From Verrucomicrobiota bacterium (lineage in GTDB: Bacteria > Verrucomicrobiota > Verrucomicrobiia > Opitutales > Coraliomargaritaceae), in the NCBI GenBank assembly GCA_039815375.1, contig JBCBZJ010000009.1, positions 32,001 to 96,000 of the forward strand: a stretch of 64,000 bases of DNA. Direction: 5' to 3'. Every line of letters begins with the position of its first letter. Position 1 is the first letter of the stretch. Shown here one piece after another: positions 49,265 to 59,940 of the stretch. The position numbers and the translations under genes are program-made. The notes under the pieces were generated by a model. It did not search any database, was not told where the DNA came from, and saw only the letters and a program-made list of their open reading frames with translations.

Positions 49265-49968
49265 ATAACCCTATTAGTTGCTGGTAGGACTTCCGGGGCA
49301 ATACATCTCTGGCCGCTGCGTAATTTACTAATTCATATCACCGTGAGAGCAAAGTGCTTTTGGGAGCAGGTTCGTGTCGATATTTCCGTAGGCCGACCGA
49401 GGGTCCTGATCGCTGCCGAAAAATGAAGAATGGTGAGTCGTGCGTAAGCGGAATTATCAAGTTCGGCAGATCGTGATGACAATTGTCCTGTTCCTATCAT
49501 TCTGACGAATGAAAGAACTGACTTGCTTCAAGCCGTAAATGCATAAATCGGTGCGGATGTCTCCTGAGAAATCAACCTACGCGCCAACCATTAGCATGTG
49601 TGCTACCAGAGATGCTAATTATGGTAAACTGCGTGCAGCAGCTTCTCACGGATGAACCCTTCTCTTTCCTTCTTTCTGTTGATTGATTGGCTCAGCAAAA
49701 TGGCTGCATTTTACAACTCATCTAGCAATACGAGGTTTTCAAAGAACTTGAATTTTTGAGGTATCCAAAGGCGTCAGGCACAAAAAATAAAGATTTGCGT
49801 TGATGTCTGTTTCTCTAGCTAAGCCCGTTCGCTCTACTGTTACGCAGATCGAACGGGTTTCGCTGTCTTTGTCTACTCTGTGGCAAGCGTCAGAGTAAGG
49901 ATCGTGATGTGAATCCAGTATAGATATTAATCACAGCGATTCACATCAGGCTTGTGATTGTTAGAACT

Positions 49969-52900
49969 TTATTGTGTCCACTTAGAGGTCATAGAGTCGC
50001 GTTGAGTTTGAAACTCGACCGCATCCAAAGCTTCGCTGTAGATCTGAATTTCACCGAATATCCCGTCAGTTTTGTGGTTCGTATTCGACGAGCCGCCTAT
50101 ATACATAGGAAAGTTTGGTGAGAAATCGGCATTTGGCGCAATTGTTTGAGTTGTGGCATTGCCCAACGAATCCCAGTAAGCGACTACACCGGTTGAAGCT
50201 TCGTAAGTCAGGCCGACGACAAAGGATTGTCCGGCAGTCACCCGCGAGCCGATGATGTTCGTAATAATAGTCGCGTCAGACAAACGAACATGGATGTCTC
50301 CATCATTTTGCACGAAGATCTTAATGTTTGGTTTCTGAAAGCCTCCTCCGCCTGCGATGATGTTATTCTCTGCACTCAGATCGGAAACCTCGAATGCTGC
50401 TAATATGGTGTAACCGCCTGTGGCCGTTCCTGTGGCAAAATCGAAGAGGGCATTATTTTCCGATGTGCTCATGATTTGGTTTCGATTTAACTGATCCCAG
50501 CCAATGCCCTGTTCTCCGGAATCCATTACAGTTGCACTGCTTTGCGTCATGCCGCTAACGGTGACATCCGAACCCATTCCATCGGTATAAGCCTTGCTCC
50601 ATGCAGTTACGCTGTTACCTGATTTGGTTAAACTCGATGTGTCTGATGCATCATAATGAACTGCCAACTCACCTGCGTAATAGACCGGTAGTGTTGGAGA
50701 GGCACTTGAGGCGTTACCGACGATGTCGAAGGCTTCAATGTAGTATTCGTAATTGGTGTGACTTGCTGGATCATCATCATCGAAGAAGATAGGCTCAGCT
50801 GGTTCACTTATTGTTGTTAGCATCGTGTAGGCAGGCTCTCCTTCGGCCTTACGGTAAACATCGTAGCCAGCCACGTCCCAGGTCATCACATTAAACCAGC
50901 CTAATCTCAGATCCTGATCAACATCTGCAAAGAGAATCGATGGTGAATCTGGAGCAGTCGTTTCCTGATTCCGTGTTTTTGTTATCGAATTTGATTGGGC
51001 CGATTCATTGCCCGCAGCATCAACTGCTGTGAGGTAATAGGTATAGCGGGTTGTTTGGTCCGCTTGATAATCCTTATACTCTAGATTAGGTGACCTGATT
51101 AGACCTGTATTTAGTTTTATCGTTGTCGCCAATACATCGCCATCTGCGTCGTAGCGATAAAGATTGTATCCGACAACACCATCGGATGCCGGGTTTGTGT
51201 TCCCCCAAGTAGAGCGCAGTATTGTTCCACCATTATGGTAAATTCTTACAAGAACCGGGGCTTGTGGGGCGACTGTATCCGGGGTGTCGTCAACCGGAAT
51301 GACATGCATGTTATCCAAGTAAGCGGTCCCTCCGCCTGAGCCACCATCACGAAGCCACTGGAACGTTACTTGAGTTAGGTTTGTGGCACCGGAAGGTACA
51401 TCTATATAACTGACATAACTTTCGAATTTTTTATCAAACAAATCCGGGTCCAGAGTCAGTGTGATATCGCCATTCTGCAATGAACCACCGTCAAACTTGA
51501 CACGCATCCGTACCCTGACACTGCCGGGACTCGTACCATCATTATCTCTGAATGCAGTACGTGCTCTCAAAAGCAGGCGATCGGCGTTGCCAAGAGGGAT
51601 GCTGACATTTTCAAAGGTTGATCGCGTGGTCGTTCCCGAGCCACCTCCGGTCAGCCCCTTACTTGCAACATACTTGCCACCACCATTGCGTGGCACAACC
51701 GAGTAGTCATTGACATAAGCCGCATCCTTGATTGCAGCGAAATTGAGACCGCTGAGACCGGATGCCTGATCTTCAAAGTTTTCAGAATAAATGCTCTTCG
51801 GGCTCGTAATGGCATCCCAATACGGAGTCGACCCCCAGCTGGTTGCATCGTAGGGCCACATGAGTTTGCACCATTCAATGACGTCATCCACAAGCATCTC
51901 GTCGATACCTGCATCGACCAATAACGGCAGTAATCGGTAAAGCCTTGTTACGTTATCGCTGCTGAAATAATCAGACGTTCCAGGGATCCATTCGGTTGGC
52001 AGAAATGTAGATTCTTCAAACTGGTGGTTATTTTTAGTTTTGCCACGTGGGAATGTCGTTGTGTCAGTCATGTCATAGGACTGTATAACATCTAGCCATT
52101 CATACAGATATGCTTCATATACCTTATCAGAAAGACCGCTTTCAATCGCATCCAGAGCACCTTCAAATAAGTAACGTTGTGCACCACTAGCGGCAAAGAA
52201 AAATTGTGGGTGTAGTGTTCGCTGAGAGAAGCCACCTTGCCGAATACCTTTCCCTGTGTATCTCATCTGAAGCATCTTTATCTGAGTGACCAGACGCTGC
52301 ATTCCATAGTAGTTATTTGATCTCTCGCTTGCGTCAACTGTATGGGCAAGCTGGTAGGCCCAGTCCAGAGGAACATTCATGGACCATTGCTTGCGAAAAC
52401 CAGACTGAAGAATCATCTGCAAATGGTACCATTGATTGGATTCCATTTTACCCAGATTGGATGGCTGGCCATCGAAGTTTGTCCAGTTATCAGATATGAT
52501 GTGTGGCGCATGTGAAAACACGAGACTTGTGCCTGATGGAATGCTCAAAGCCTCCGGTGTATAGTATGGATGATTTGCCTGTGCCGAAGCCTCATCATCC
52601 ATTATGGATTCAAGGTCGTATTTACGAACAATTTCCAGGGTCTTCATGGCTGACCATTTGGCGAGGTTTTGCGGCACCTCTTCCCGGTGCAACCACGGAT
52701 TTCGGCGCAGGGAAACCGGAGATTCGAGGTCATAATTCTTGCCTGAAAGTCGCCAGCCGAAGTGATCGTTCAGACCTCCACCCAGCCAGTTTCCAATGTC
52801 TTTATGCAGCTGCCCAACAGTTGAGTAAAGGGTGCCATTGGAGGCACGTGTTACCGCACCGGATGTGCTGGTAATCGCTGTTTTTAAATTTCCGTAGTAG

Positions 52901-54051
52901 TTGTATGGCACGTTGTAATCAGATGCAGTCGGCCACATGTCCTCGGGTGCGTAGATCGGCAGCCAAGTGTTCCAATCGGGCATTGGGATCGAGACTGGAA
53001 TCTCGCGAACACTCAGAGTGGTCTCGTGATCCATGACCTTGCCAATATTGGCTCGTGACGTGTCTGCGGTTCCAGGTGAAGATGCATCCGGAAAAATATA
53101 AGGCAGAATTTCGTTTTCGCTCTTAATCCATTCGAGGCCTGCGCCTGCCATCCATTTCTGTGTCTTGTCCAGAACCACGGCCGTGCTGTCGCTTGGCTGT
53201 GGGTCGAGATTCGGGCCGGGCTGGAACGGTGGGTTCCATGGACGGCCTGGGTTGGGTGAGGTATGGGAACGAATGTAACTGGTAACCTGCTCTGCTTCGG
53301 TCTGTGTTAAACCGTGGAACATGGCCCGAGTGATAATCGATTCATTCGAGTAATTGAAATAAGTAAGGTCAGAGCCGTCCTCAAAGTGGCAGGATGAGCA
53401 ACTTGCGTTGATGGATTGAAGTGTGACCGGGTCGTTGACCAGATTTGCAGTTGACCAAAGTGTTTGCCCTTGGGCTTCTTCTCCGGGTCTCGGTGCTGTC
53501 CAGCCATTGGGATCTTCCTGCGTGAAATACTGAGTGCCCAGGATTCTGTTTTCGCTGGTGTCGATAAAATCGAAGTCGAGAACTCGAATTGTACTGACTA
53601 CGCCGTTCGTTCCATTCAAACGAAACGATACATCATTATTACCCGTTACCACAAGACCTGCCGGGAGTGACGCGTCGAAACGAATCGTGCTGTTTATCCC
53701 TCCGATGCCTCCTTGGCTATGCTCTGGCTCCAGAATGCTTATCGTATGGTTGTAAAGGGTGATCCATTCACCGTTATTGACTTTTACCGAGACCTGACCG
53801 CCGAAGCGAAGATTATGGATTTGCGCATACAGTCGATTCACTGACTGCGCACCGGAAGATACATTTACCGTAACCGTTTGGATCATCGGTTCGGCGTTGT
53901 AACTGGATACGCGGAGAGGGAGTTGGAGACCGAAGGTAGAGCTGACGCAAAATAGAGTTAAAGCCGGGAAAATCCTTCGGGACAGTTTTGTAGGGAATTT
54001 TAGTTTTTGAGACAGTCGAGACAACAGAGACAAGGGTATAGGTAGGTCCAT
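49969..54051 (-). CDS. Large secreted protein with a CxxCH heme-c motif, FN3-like repeats and a C-terminal LamG-like domain
   Basis: Hydrophobic signal region; CSSCH at ~53386-53400; FN3 signatures (GYNLYR…YYLTAVDAAGNES; GYDVYR…YYIEAFDIVGNAS); GIFGEIQIYSEAL; start uncertain. Confidence 0.75.
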   Translation of the reverse strand: MDLPIPLSLLSRLSQKLKFPTKLSRRIFPALTLFCVSSTFGLQLPLRVSSYNAEPMIQTVTVNVSSGAQSVNRLYAQIHNLRFGGQVSVKVNNGEWITLYNHTISILEPEHSQGGIGGINSTIRFDASLPAGLVVTGNNDVSFRLNGTNGVVSTIRVLDFDFIDTSENRILGTQYFTQEDPNGWTAPRPGEEAQGQTLWSTANLVNDPVTLQSINASCSSCHFEDGSDLTYFNYSNESIITRAMFHGLTQTEAEQVTSYIRSHTSPNPGRPWNPPFQPGPNLDPQPSDSTAVVLDKTQKWMAGAGLEWIKSENEILPYIFPDASSPGTADTSRANIGKVMDHETTLSVREIPVSIPMPDWNTWLPIYAPEDMWPTASDYNVPYNYYGNLKTAITSTSGAVTRASNGTLYSTVGQLHKDIGNWLGGGLNDHFGWRLSGKNYDLESPVSLRRNPWLHREEVPQNLAKWSAMKTLEIVRKYDLESIMDDEASAQANHPYYTPEALSIPSGTSLVFSHAPHIISDNWTNFDGQPSNLGKMESNQWYHLQMILQSGFRKQWSMNVPLDWAYQLAHTVDASERSNNYYGMQRLVTQIKMLQMRYTGKGIRQGGFSQRTLHPQFFFAASGAQRYLFEGALDAIESGLSDKVYEAYLYEWLDVIQSYDMTDTTTFPRGKTKNNHQFEESTFLPTEWIPGTSDYFSSDNVTRLYRLLPLLVDAGIDEMLVDDVIEWCKLMWPYDATSWGSTPYWDAITSPKSIYSENFEDQASGLSGLNFAAIKDAAYVNDYSVVPRNGGGKYVASKGLTGGGSGTTTRSTFENVSIPLGNADRLLLRARTAFRDNDGTSPGSVRVRMRVKFDGGSLQNGDITLTLDPDLFDKKFESYVSYIDVPSGATNLTQVTFQWLRDGGSGGGTAYLDNMHVIPVDDTPDTVAPQAPVLVRIYHNGGTILRSTWGNTNPASDGVVGYNLYRYDADGDVLATTIKLNTGLIRSPNLEYKDYQADQTTRYTYYLTAVDAAGNESAQSNSITKTRNQETTAPDSPSILFADVDQDLRLGWFNVMTWDVAGYDVYRKAEGEPAYTMLTTISEPAEPIFFDDDDPASHTNYEYYIEAFDIVGNASSASPTLPVYYAGELAVHYDASDTSSLTKSGNSVTAWSKAYTDGMGSDVTVSGMTQSSATVMDSGEQGIGWDQLNRNQIMSTSENNALFDFATGTATGGYTILAAFEVSDLSAENNIIAGGGGFQKPNIKIFVQNDGDIHVRLSDATIITNIIGSRVTAGQSFVVGLTYEASTGVVAYWDSLGNATTQTIAPNADFSPNFPMYIGGSSNTNHKTDGIFGEIQIYSEALDAVEFQTQRDSMTSKWTQ

Positions 54052-54753
54052 TATTATATGTAGCACCAAAACGATCAATGATAGTCATTGAACTACTTGG
54101 TGGGGGTAAGGGGGATAGGAGGTAAGGGGCGGGGGAAGTCGGCTATTTGGTAGTATAGCTAACGTTGGTTAAACCTTTAACATAATAATTATAATGTCAA
54201 CTAATTTAAGTTAAAAGGCATTTGTCTTAGAGTCAAAAAAAGTCACTTACAAAAGAAAGTGAGTGTTCCAAGTGCCTGCAAGATAGATGGATTATGAGGC
54301 TCGTTTATCTATTTTGCTACCGCAGCGCCTGGCCTGGCCAGTCGTGTTGCTCTCTTTAACTTTATGCGGTCGCACGCCAGATTCCTTCGATCCGTACACA
54401 GTTTTCGAATTCAGTTGGCAATGTAACTGTTTGAACGATATTTCTAATTAGAACTCGCGTGGTTTTTCTGGAATGTACGGGCTAGAAGCGATTTTTGATG
54501 GAGAGCTCGTCTCAGCAAAACAGTGGAGGATATTTCGGTCAAAGATGTGCTGACTGACGGCACCTCCACGATTGACTTTACTTACGACGAGACGGGCTAA
54601 CTTGTTCAAAAACGACACTACGGATAGGGAAGGGAATTTGGAATAGAAGAAGCAGTGGATTGATGAGGGTATTATCCTAGCAGGTTTGCTATGATGTGTC
54701 TTGATTTTCCCTAAGACAGGGAATACTACCTCTCAGCTTACTTTAATTACCAT

Positions 54754-56490
54754 ATGAATACCCTAGAAGTTGTTTTGTTTGTTATTGCCGTTGTCGGTGT
54801 CATTGGTCTCGGAATCTGGAAAAGCCGTGACGAGGACCAGGGAGGCGAAAAAGGTGCTACGGATTATTTCCTCGCGGGGCGAGGCCTGACCTGGTGGTTG
54901 GTCGGTTTTTCCCTGATTGCAGCCAACATTTCGACAGAGCAGTTCGTTGGTATGTCGGGGGCCTCAGCCAATTGGCTTGGCATGGCGATCGCCTCCTATG
55001 AATGGATCGCGGCAATTACTTTGGTTTTCGTTGCATTCTGGTTCTTGCCCCGATTCCTCAAGGCGGGTCTCTATACGATCCCTGAGTTTCTCGAATACCG
55101 TTTCGACGGGGTAGCGCGCCTAGCTATGGCGATACCTGCGATCGTGACTCTGGTTTTTGTCACAACGTCATCGGTCATCTTCTCGGGTGCCAAGTTTGTC
55201 TCGGAATACTACAACACCGTTCCGATCCTGAACAGCCTGACTGCAATGTGCTGGTTGATCGCAATCTTTGCAGCAGTTTATGTTTTTATCGGTGGTTTGA
55301 AGGCCTGTGCCTGGACCGACTTGATTTGGGGTGCCGCGCTCATTGTGGGAGGAGCTATTGTGATGGTGCTGGCATTCAATGTTTTGGCTGAAAAGCCGGC
55401 TGAAGAGCTTATTCTGACAAAGGTGGCCAATTCTGATGCGACCGTTGAGATGATTGAGGCGGCTGGGCCCTGGGAGCGTTTCATGCTTCTTAATGACGGT
55501 GTGGATGGCGAGGCCGAGGCGCGTAATGGACCTAATGGTTCCGGTGGCAAGGTCCACATGGTGCGTCCAAAGGAAGACTCCGACATTCCGTGGACGGCCT
55601 TGCTCATCGGTTTATGGATACCGAACTTTTTCTACTGGGGTCTGAACCAATATATCGTGCAGCGTACGCTCGGTTCAAAGTCTCTTGCAGAAGGACAGAA
55701 GGGTATTGTTTTTGCTGCCTTTTTGAAGTTGCTGATTCCTTTTGTCGTGGTGATTCCCGGCATTCTTGCCTATAACCTCTTCAGTGGTGATTTGTTGAAT
55801 GCGTCGACGGGAGAGTATGACTATGACCGTGCTTTCCCGGTTCTGGTGCGAAATCTTATTCAACCCTTGCCATGGCTTTCCTGGTTCGTTCTAGCAGCAC
55901 TTTCAGGAGCGGTCATTAGTTCGCTGGCTTCGATGCTGAACTCTGCATCCACCATTGCCACAATGGATTTGTATTCCAAGTTCACTAAGGAGAAGGATCC
56001 GGTAAAGCTGGTGAAGGTTGGCCGTTTCTTCGTTGTGATCTTTGTCATCCTTGCCGGATTTGTGGCACCGAAGTTGGATAACTTCACCAGTATCTTTGCC
56101 TATATTCAGGAATTCCAGGGCTTTATTTCTCCGGGCATTCTTGCGGTCTTTATCTTCGGCTTTTTCTCGCCCAAGACCCCGCGTTATTTTGGTGCAGTCG
56201 GCATTGGTTTGAACGTTGTTTCGTATGGTGCCTTCAAGTGGGCGATCGGGCCGTGGCTCGTCTCCAAGGGGTGGTGGTATGCTGAGCAGATCGCCTTCCT
56301 CGATCGCATGGCGATTTGTTTCTTCCTCGTGCTGCTTGCCGGTTTGATACTGACTATCGTCAAGCCTATTGAAAAGCCGGTTGTGATGCCGGTAAACGAT
56401 GAGATCGCGCTTGAGAGCTCCCCAGGTGCCAAGATCGTCGGTGTCGGGGTGATCCTTGCAACAATCGCGCTCTACGTTGTCTTCTGGTAA
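54754..56490 (+). CDS. Sodium:solute (sugar) symporter, SSS/SGLT family
   Basis: DYFLAGRGL, SLIAANISTEQFVGMSG, YWGLNQYIVQRTL; multi-TM. Confidence 0.93.
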   Translation: MNTLEVVLFVIAVVGVIGLGIWKSRDEDQGGEKGATDYFLAGRGLTWWLVGFSLIAANISTEQFVGMSGASANWLGMAIASYEWIAAITLVFVAFWFLPRFLKAGLYTIPEFLEYRFDGVARLAMAIPAIVTLVFVTTSSVIFSGAKFVSEYYNTVPILNSLTAMCWLIAIFAAVYVFIGGLKACAWTDLIWGAALIVGGAIVMVLAFNVLAEKPAEELILTKVANSDATVEMIEAAGPWERFMLLNDGVDGEAEARNGPNGSGGKVHMVRPKEDSDIPWTALLIGLWIPNFFYWGLNQYIVQRTLGSKSLAEGQKGIVFAAFLKLLIPFVVVIPGILAYNLFSGDLLNASTGEYDYDRAFPVLVRNLIQPLPWLSWFVLAALSGAVISSLASMLNSASTIATMDLYSKFTKEKDPVKLVKVGRFFVVIFVILAGFVAPKLDNFTSIFAYIQEFQGFISPGILAVFIFGFFSPKTPRYFGAVGIGLNVVSYGAFKWAIGPWLVSKGWWYAEQIAFLDRMAICFFLVLLAGLILTIVKPIEKPVVMPVNDEIALESSPGAKIVGVGVILATIALYVVFW

Positions 56491-56656
56491 ACTGCTCTCC
56501 AGCGATACCTCGAATTCATGTTGTCGAAGCTCGGCATCTCGAGTGCAGGAGATTCCCGAAATCCTGATGCTCGGGTAGGATGCTTTGGTTAACTCCTGAC
56601 GACTTCGTTTGCCAGCAGCCAGGCACTCTTCTGCTTGGCCTTTGACGAGGTCGGTG

Positions 56657-57709
56657 CTAGTTTGCTAAAATCCAAAAGTTGCGGAATTGTATCGGATGTC
56701 CGTGGTCTTGAAGTAAGATCGGCTTGGCTTCAGTGGGGTGTTTCCCCATGCGGTTGGTTTCAGAAAACTGGGTGATTTCGGCCATCGGCTGGTCCAGATG
56801 AATGACTTTCCCATTGTGGAGCACGGTGATCTCGGGTGGGGATGTCATCTTCCCCTCGTCGTCAAAACGAGCTGCTTTAAATGTGACGTCGTAAGTTTGC
56901 CAGAGTCCTGGTGGGAGGCAGGCGTTTATCTTTGGTGGCGAGACCTTGTAGAGCGCACCGCAATCCGTCCATCCGGGGCTGATGCCGTAGCTGTCGAGAA
57001 TCTGAATTTCGTAAACACCCTGGATGAAGAGCCCGCTGTTGGCACGGCTCTGACCGGAGTTTTCGGGCTCGTAGGGCAGACGATACTCAAGATGCAGTTC
57101 GATGTCTTTGTAGCCATTTTTTGTTTCCAGATTTCCGCCTTTCTTGTTGCCGGCTTTTTTGGGGTAGCACTCCAGAATACCATCTCCGATATACTTCCAG
57201 GACGGTATGTTTCCTTTGGGATGTTGCCATTGTTCAAGACCGGGATTGATAAGCTGCTGCGCGCCCGGGGCCGGTGGTAAGCCGATTGTGGGTGAGAGGC
57301 GCTCAACTTTCATTAGCTCAAACGGTGCCCATACCGTTTTGCCGTGTTTCATGAATTTGTGCGCGCCGGTCAATCGATCACCCCGAATTTCAAAGCGGAC
57401 TTTATCGTCAGCATAGTGGATCGCCCCTTTCTTGGGCTTAACTATGGCTCCAAATTCGATTTCCGCGCGTCGATCAAAGGCATTCATAAACTGGACTTCG
57501 TAGCTCCCTGTTTTGCGACCGACTACACGTGCCACAAGGCTGGGGTTGCGCTGTGGCCAGATTCCAGGCTCGGGATTGATATAGCCGCCGTCCCAATCTC
57601 CCATGTAACTGGGGATCTCTTTCGCAGAAAGGTTCCTTTTTTGTGCGGCTGCGGTATTGGGCAGAGTGAGGCATGCCATTATGGCTAACGTAATCTGTAT
57701 TAAGTTCAT
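56657..57709 (-). CDS. Secreted DUF1080 (3-keto-disaccharide hydrolase-like) protein
   Basis: Signal peptide; LHLEYR, ANSGLF, YEIQILDS, CGALY, WQTYDV, LQDHG, FRNFW. Confidence 0.88.
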   Translation of the reverse strand: MNLIQITLAIMACLTLPNTAAAQKRNLSAKEIPSYMGDWDGGYINPEPGIWPQRNPSLVARVVGRKTGSYEVQFMNAFDRRAEIEFGAIVKPKKGAIHYADDKVRFEIRGDRLTGAHKFMKHGKTVWAPFELMKVERLSPTIGLPPAPGAQQLINPGLEQWQHPKGNIPSWKYIGDGILECYPKKAGNKKGGNLETKNGYKDIELHLEYRLPYEPENSGQSRANSGLFIQGVYEIQILDSYGISPGWTDCGALYKVSPPKINACLPPGLWQTYDVTFKAARFDDEGKMTSPPEITVLHNGKVIHLDQPMAEITQFSETNRMGKHPTEAKPILLQDHGHPIQFRNFWILAN

Positions 57710-58030
57710 GATCCGAGAATAAGCTCTTCGTGATTAAGATACGGCTTCCTGAGCATCGCTTGGTCTTTCCGCCAATGTTCAAAACATGCGGATGGCTGTG
57801 AATCCGATTTAAGTGCAGCTCTATTTGAATACTTCATTCAGTTCCTCACGAATTAAAGTAGAGAGATCGAAGTGAGGCGACAGAAAATATGAGTTCACCG
57901 TATGCGGACCGAAGCTATGATCTTTATTTTTCGCTTTTGTTTGCTGCCGGATGTGTAGAATTCATCTTTTATGGTTATCGGCAATACTTCGGCATATAAG
58001 GTAAGAGAATAAGCCATTTTTTAAGTTCTC

Positions 58031-58885
58031 ATGAAGAAAATCGATACACACCAACACCTGCTCTATCCCGAACAGTTTAATTACTCATGGACAAAGGATT
58101 TTCCTGTGCTTGGGGGGGCGTTTACACTGGAGGATTATCGGAACCAGGCAAAGGGCTGCGATATTGAAGGAACGGTCTTTATGGAGGTCGATGTCGACGC
58201 AGAAGACATCGCGGCGGAGGGGCAGTTTTTCGGCAGTCTAGCTGGGGACTCGAGTTCGCAAATACTTGGCATAATCGCAAGTTGCCGTCCGGAAGAGGCT
58301 GACTTTGAGGCGCAAATCGAAGCGGTCCAGAGTCCGGCGCTTCGAGGAATTCGCCGTGTGTTACACACGCATCCTGACGAACTCTCGCATTCGATTGGCT
58401 TTCGAGCTAATATGGCGAAGCTGGCTCGGATGGGCCTTACAGCGGACCTTTGCGTAAGTCAGCAGCAACACGGCAGTGCGTTGGAGCTGATTCAGGCTTG
58501 TCCAGATACTCGTTTTATCCTCGATCACTGCGGATGCCCCGATATCGCAAAACATCCGACGTCTGATACTGAAGGTTTCCAAAATTGGAAGGCGGGCATC
58601 CATCGTCTTGCGAAGCAGGAGAATCTGATATGCAAGCTTTCAGGGATCACGGCATATGCAAAGCCCGAGCAGCGGACTAAGGCCGGACTGGCACCTTATG
58701 TCACAGAGATACTCGAGAGCTTTGGACCGCAGCGCATGGTTTGGGGGGGCGATTGGCCCGTCTGTAACTTAGCCGATGGTTTGAAAAAATGGTGTCAGTT
58801 GACTGATGAGCTGATCGCTGACTTATCTGCGGACGAGCAATCCCAAATTCTTTACATTAACGCGCAGACGTTCTACTCACTTTAG
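58031..58885 (+). CDS. Amidohydrolase_2 family, sugar-acid lactonase-like (L-fucono/L-rhamnono-lactonase type)
   Basis: IDTHQH, GIRR, LDHCG, CKLSG, WGGDWPV. Confidence 0.85.
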   Translation: MKKIDTHQHLLYPEQFNYSWTKDFPVLGGAFTLEDYRNQAKGCDIEGTVFMEVDVDAEDIAAEGQFFGSLAGDSSSQILGIIASCRPEEADFEAQIEAVQSPALRGIRRVLHTHPDELSHSIGFRANMAKLARMGLTADLCVSQQQHGSALELIQACPDTRFILDHCGCPDIAKHPTSDTEGFQNWKAGIHRLAKQENLICKLSGITAYAKPEQRTKAGLAPYVTEILESFGPQRMVWGGDWPVCNLADGLKKWCQLTDELIADLSADEQSQILYINAQTFYSL

Positions 58886-58909
58886 AGCGTTTAAGAAATT
58901 GCGCCTGTC

Positions 58910-59920
58910 ATGTCTGCTATCATCGAAGGTATTTTCACACCTAACATCGTTCCCTACGATGCACAGGGTCGTATTAATGAGGACGAGTTGCGTCGCATCG
59001 TTCGTTGGCTCGGCGATAAAGGCGTGACTGGTTTCTACCCAAACGGAAGTATGGGAGAGTTTATTCGCCTGAGCTATGAGGAGCGCAAAAAGGTCGTCAA
59101 GATCGTGACTGAGGAGAGTGGCGGGCGTCCGGTTCTTGCAGGTGCGGCCGAACCGAACGTCGATCTCGTTTTAGAGATGTGTAACTATTGTGCAGATTTG
59201 GGCTGCAAGGCGGTTTCGATTACGGGGCCCTATTATTACAAACTCACTCAAGAGAGTATTGAAGCCTACTTCCGCGAGCTGGCGGAGAAGTCGCCGATCG
59301 ATATCGTTGTTTACAATATCCCTGCCTTCGCGAATGAAATTAGTATACCGGTCTTGAAGCGACTGGCTTTGGATTGTCCACGGATTGTGGGGACCAAGGA
59401 TACCTCTCGTGACATGCCGCGTTTCCAACAGCTGATTCACGAGATCAAACCGCAACGACCAGATTTCTCGATGCTCATTGGATGGGAAGAGCTGCTTTGC
59501 ACCGCGATGTTCATGGGCGCGGATGGCGGCACATTATCCAGCTCCGGTGTGGTACCTGAAGTGTTGATGAAGATTTATAACAGTGCGCTGGCCGGCGACT
59601 GGGAGAGCTCGAAGGAAGCGCAATTCAAACTGCTTGATTTGTTCTCTCTGATGGTTAACGCGCCTAACTTTCCAGAAGGTTTCCGTATCGGTTACCAATT
59701 GCGTGGTTTTGAAACCGGCAGTGCCCGCTTTCCTTTGTCGGAAGAGGAGATCGCTTTGATGGGAGGCATCCGCTCTCGGCTCGCATGCGTGTTGGCTGAA
59801 TGCGGGTTCGCAGAAGCGGCGCATGCATGCGTAAGTCGAGAATCTGCAGCACCGCAGGATGCCGAACTTCGCGAAAAGATAGAGGATATTGTCCGGGGTG
59901 TTGTTGCGTCGATGAGTTGA
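58910..59920 (+). CDS. DHDPS/N-acetylneuraminate lyase family aldolase with a C-terminal extension
   Basis: NGSMGE, PYY, YNIP, GTKDTS (Schiff-base Lys). Confidence 0.88.
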   Translation: MSAIIEGIFTPNIVPYDAQGRINEDELRRIVRWLGDKGVTGFYPNGSMGEFIRLSYEERKKVVKIVTEESGGRPVLAGAAEPNVDLVLEMCNYCADLGCKAVSITGPYYYKLTQESIEAYFRELAEKSPIDIVVYNIPAFANEISIPVLKRLALDCPRIVGTKDTSRDMPRFQQLIHEIKPQRPDFSMLIGWEELLCTAMFMGADGGTLSSSGVVPEVLMKIYNSALAGDWESSKEAQFKLLDLFSLMVNAPNFPEGFRIGYQLRGFETGSARFPLSEEEIALMGGIRSRLACVLAECGFAEAAHACVSRESAAPQDAELREKIEDIVRGVVASMS

Positions 59921-59940
59921 GCGGCAAATTCGTTGCCTAG

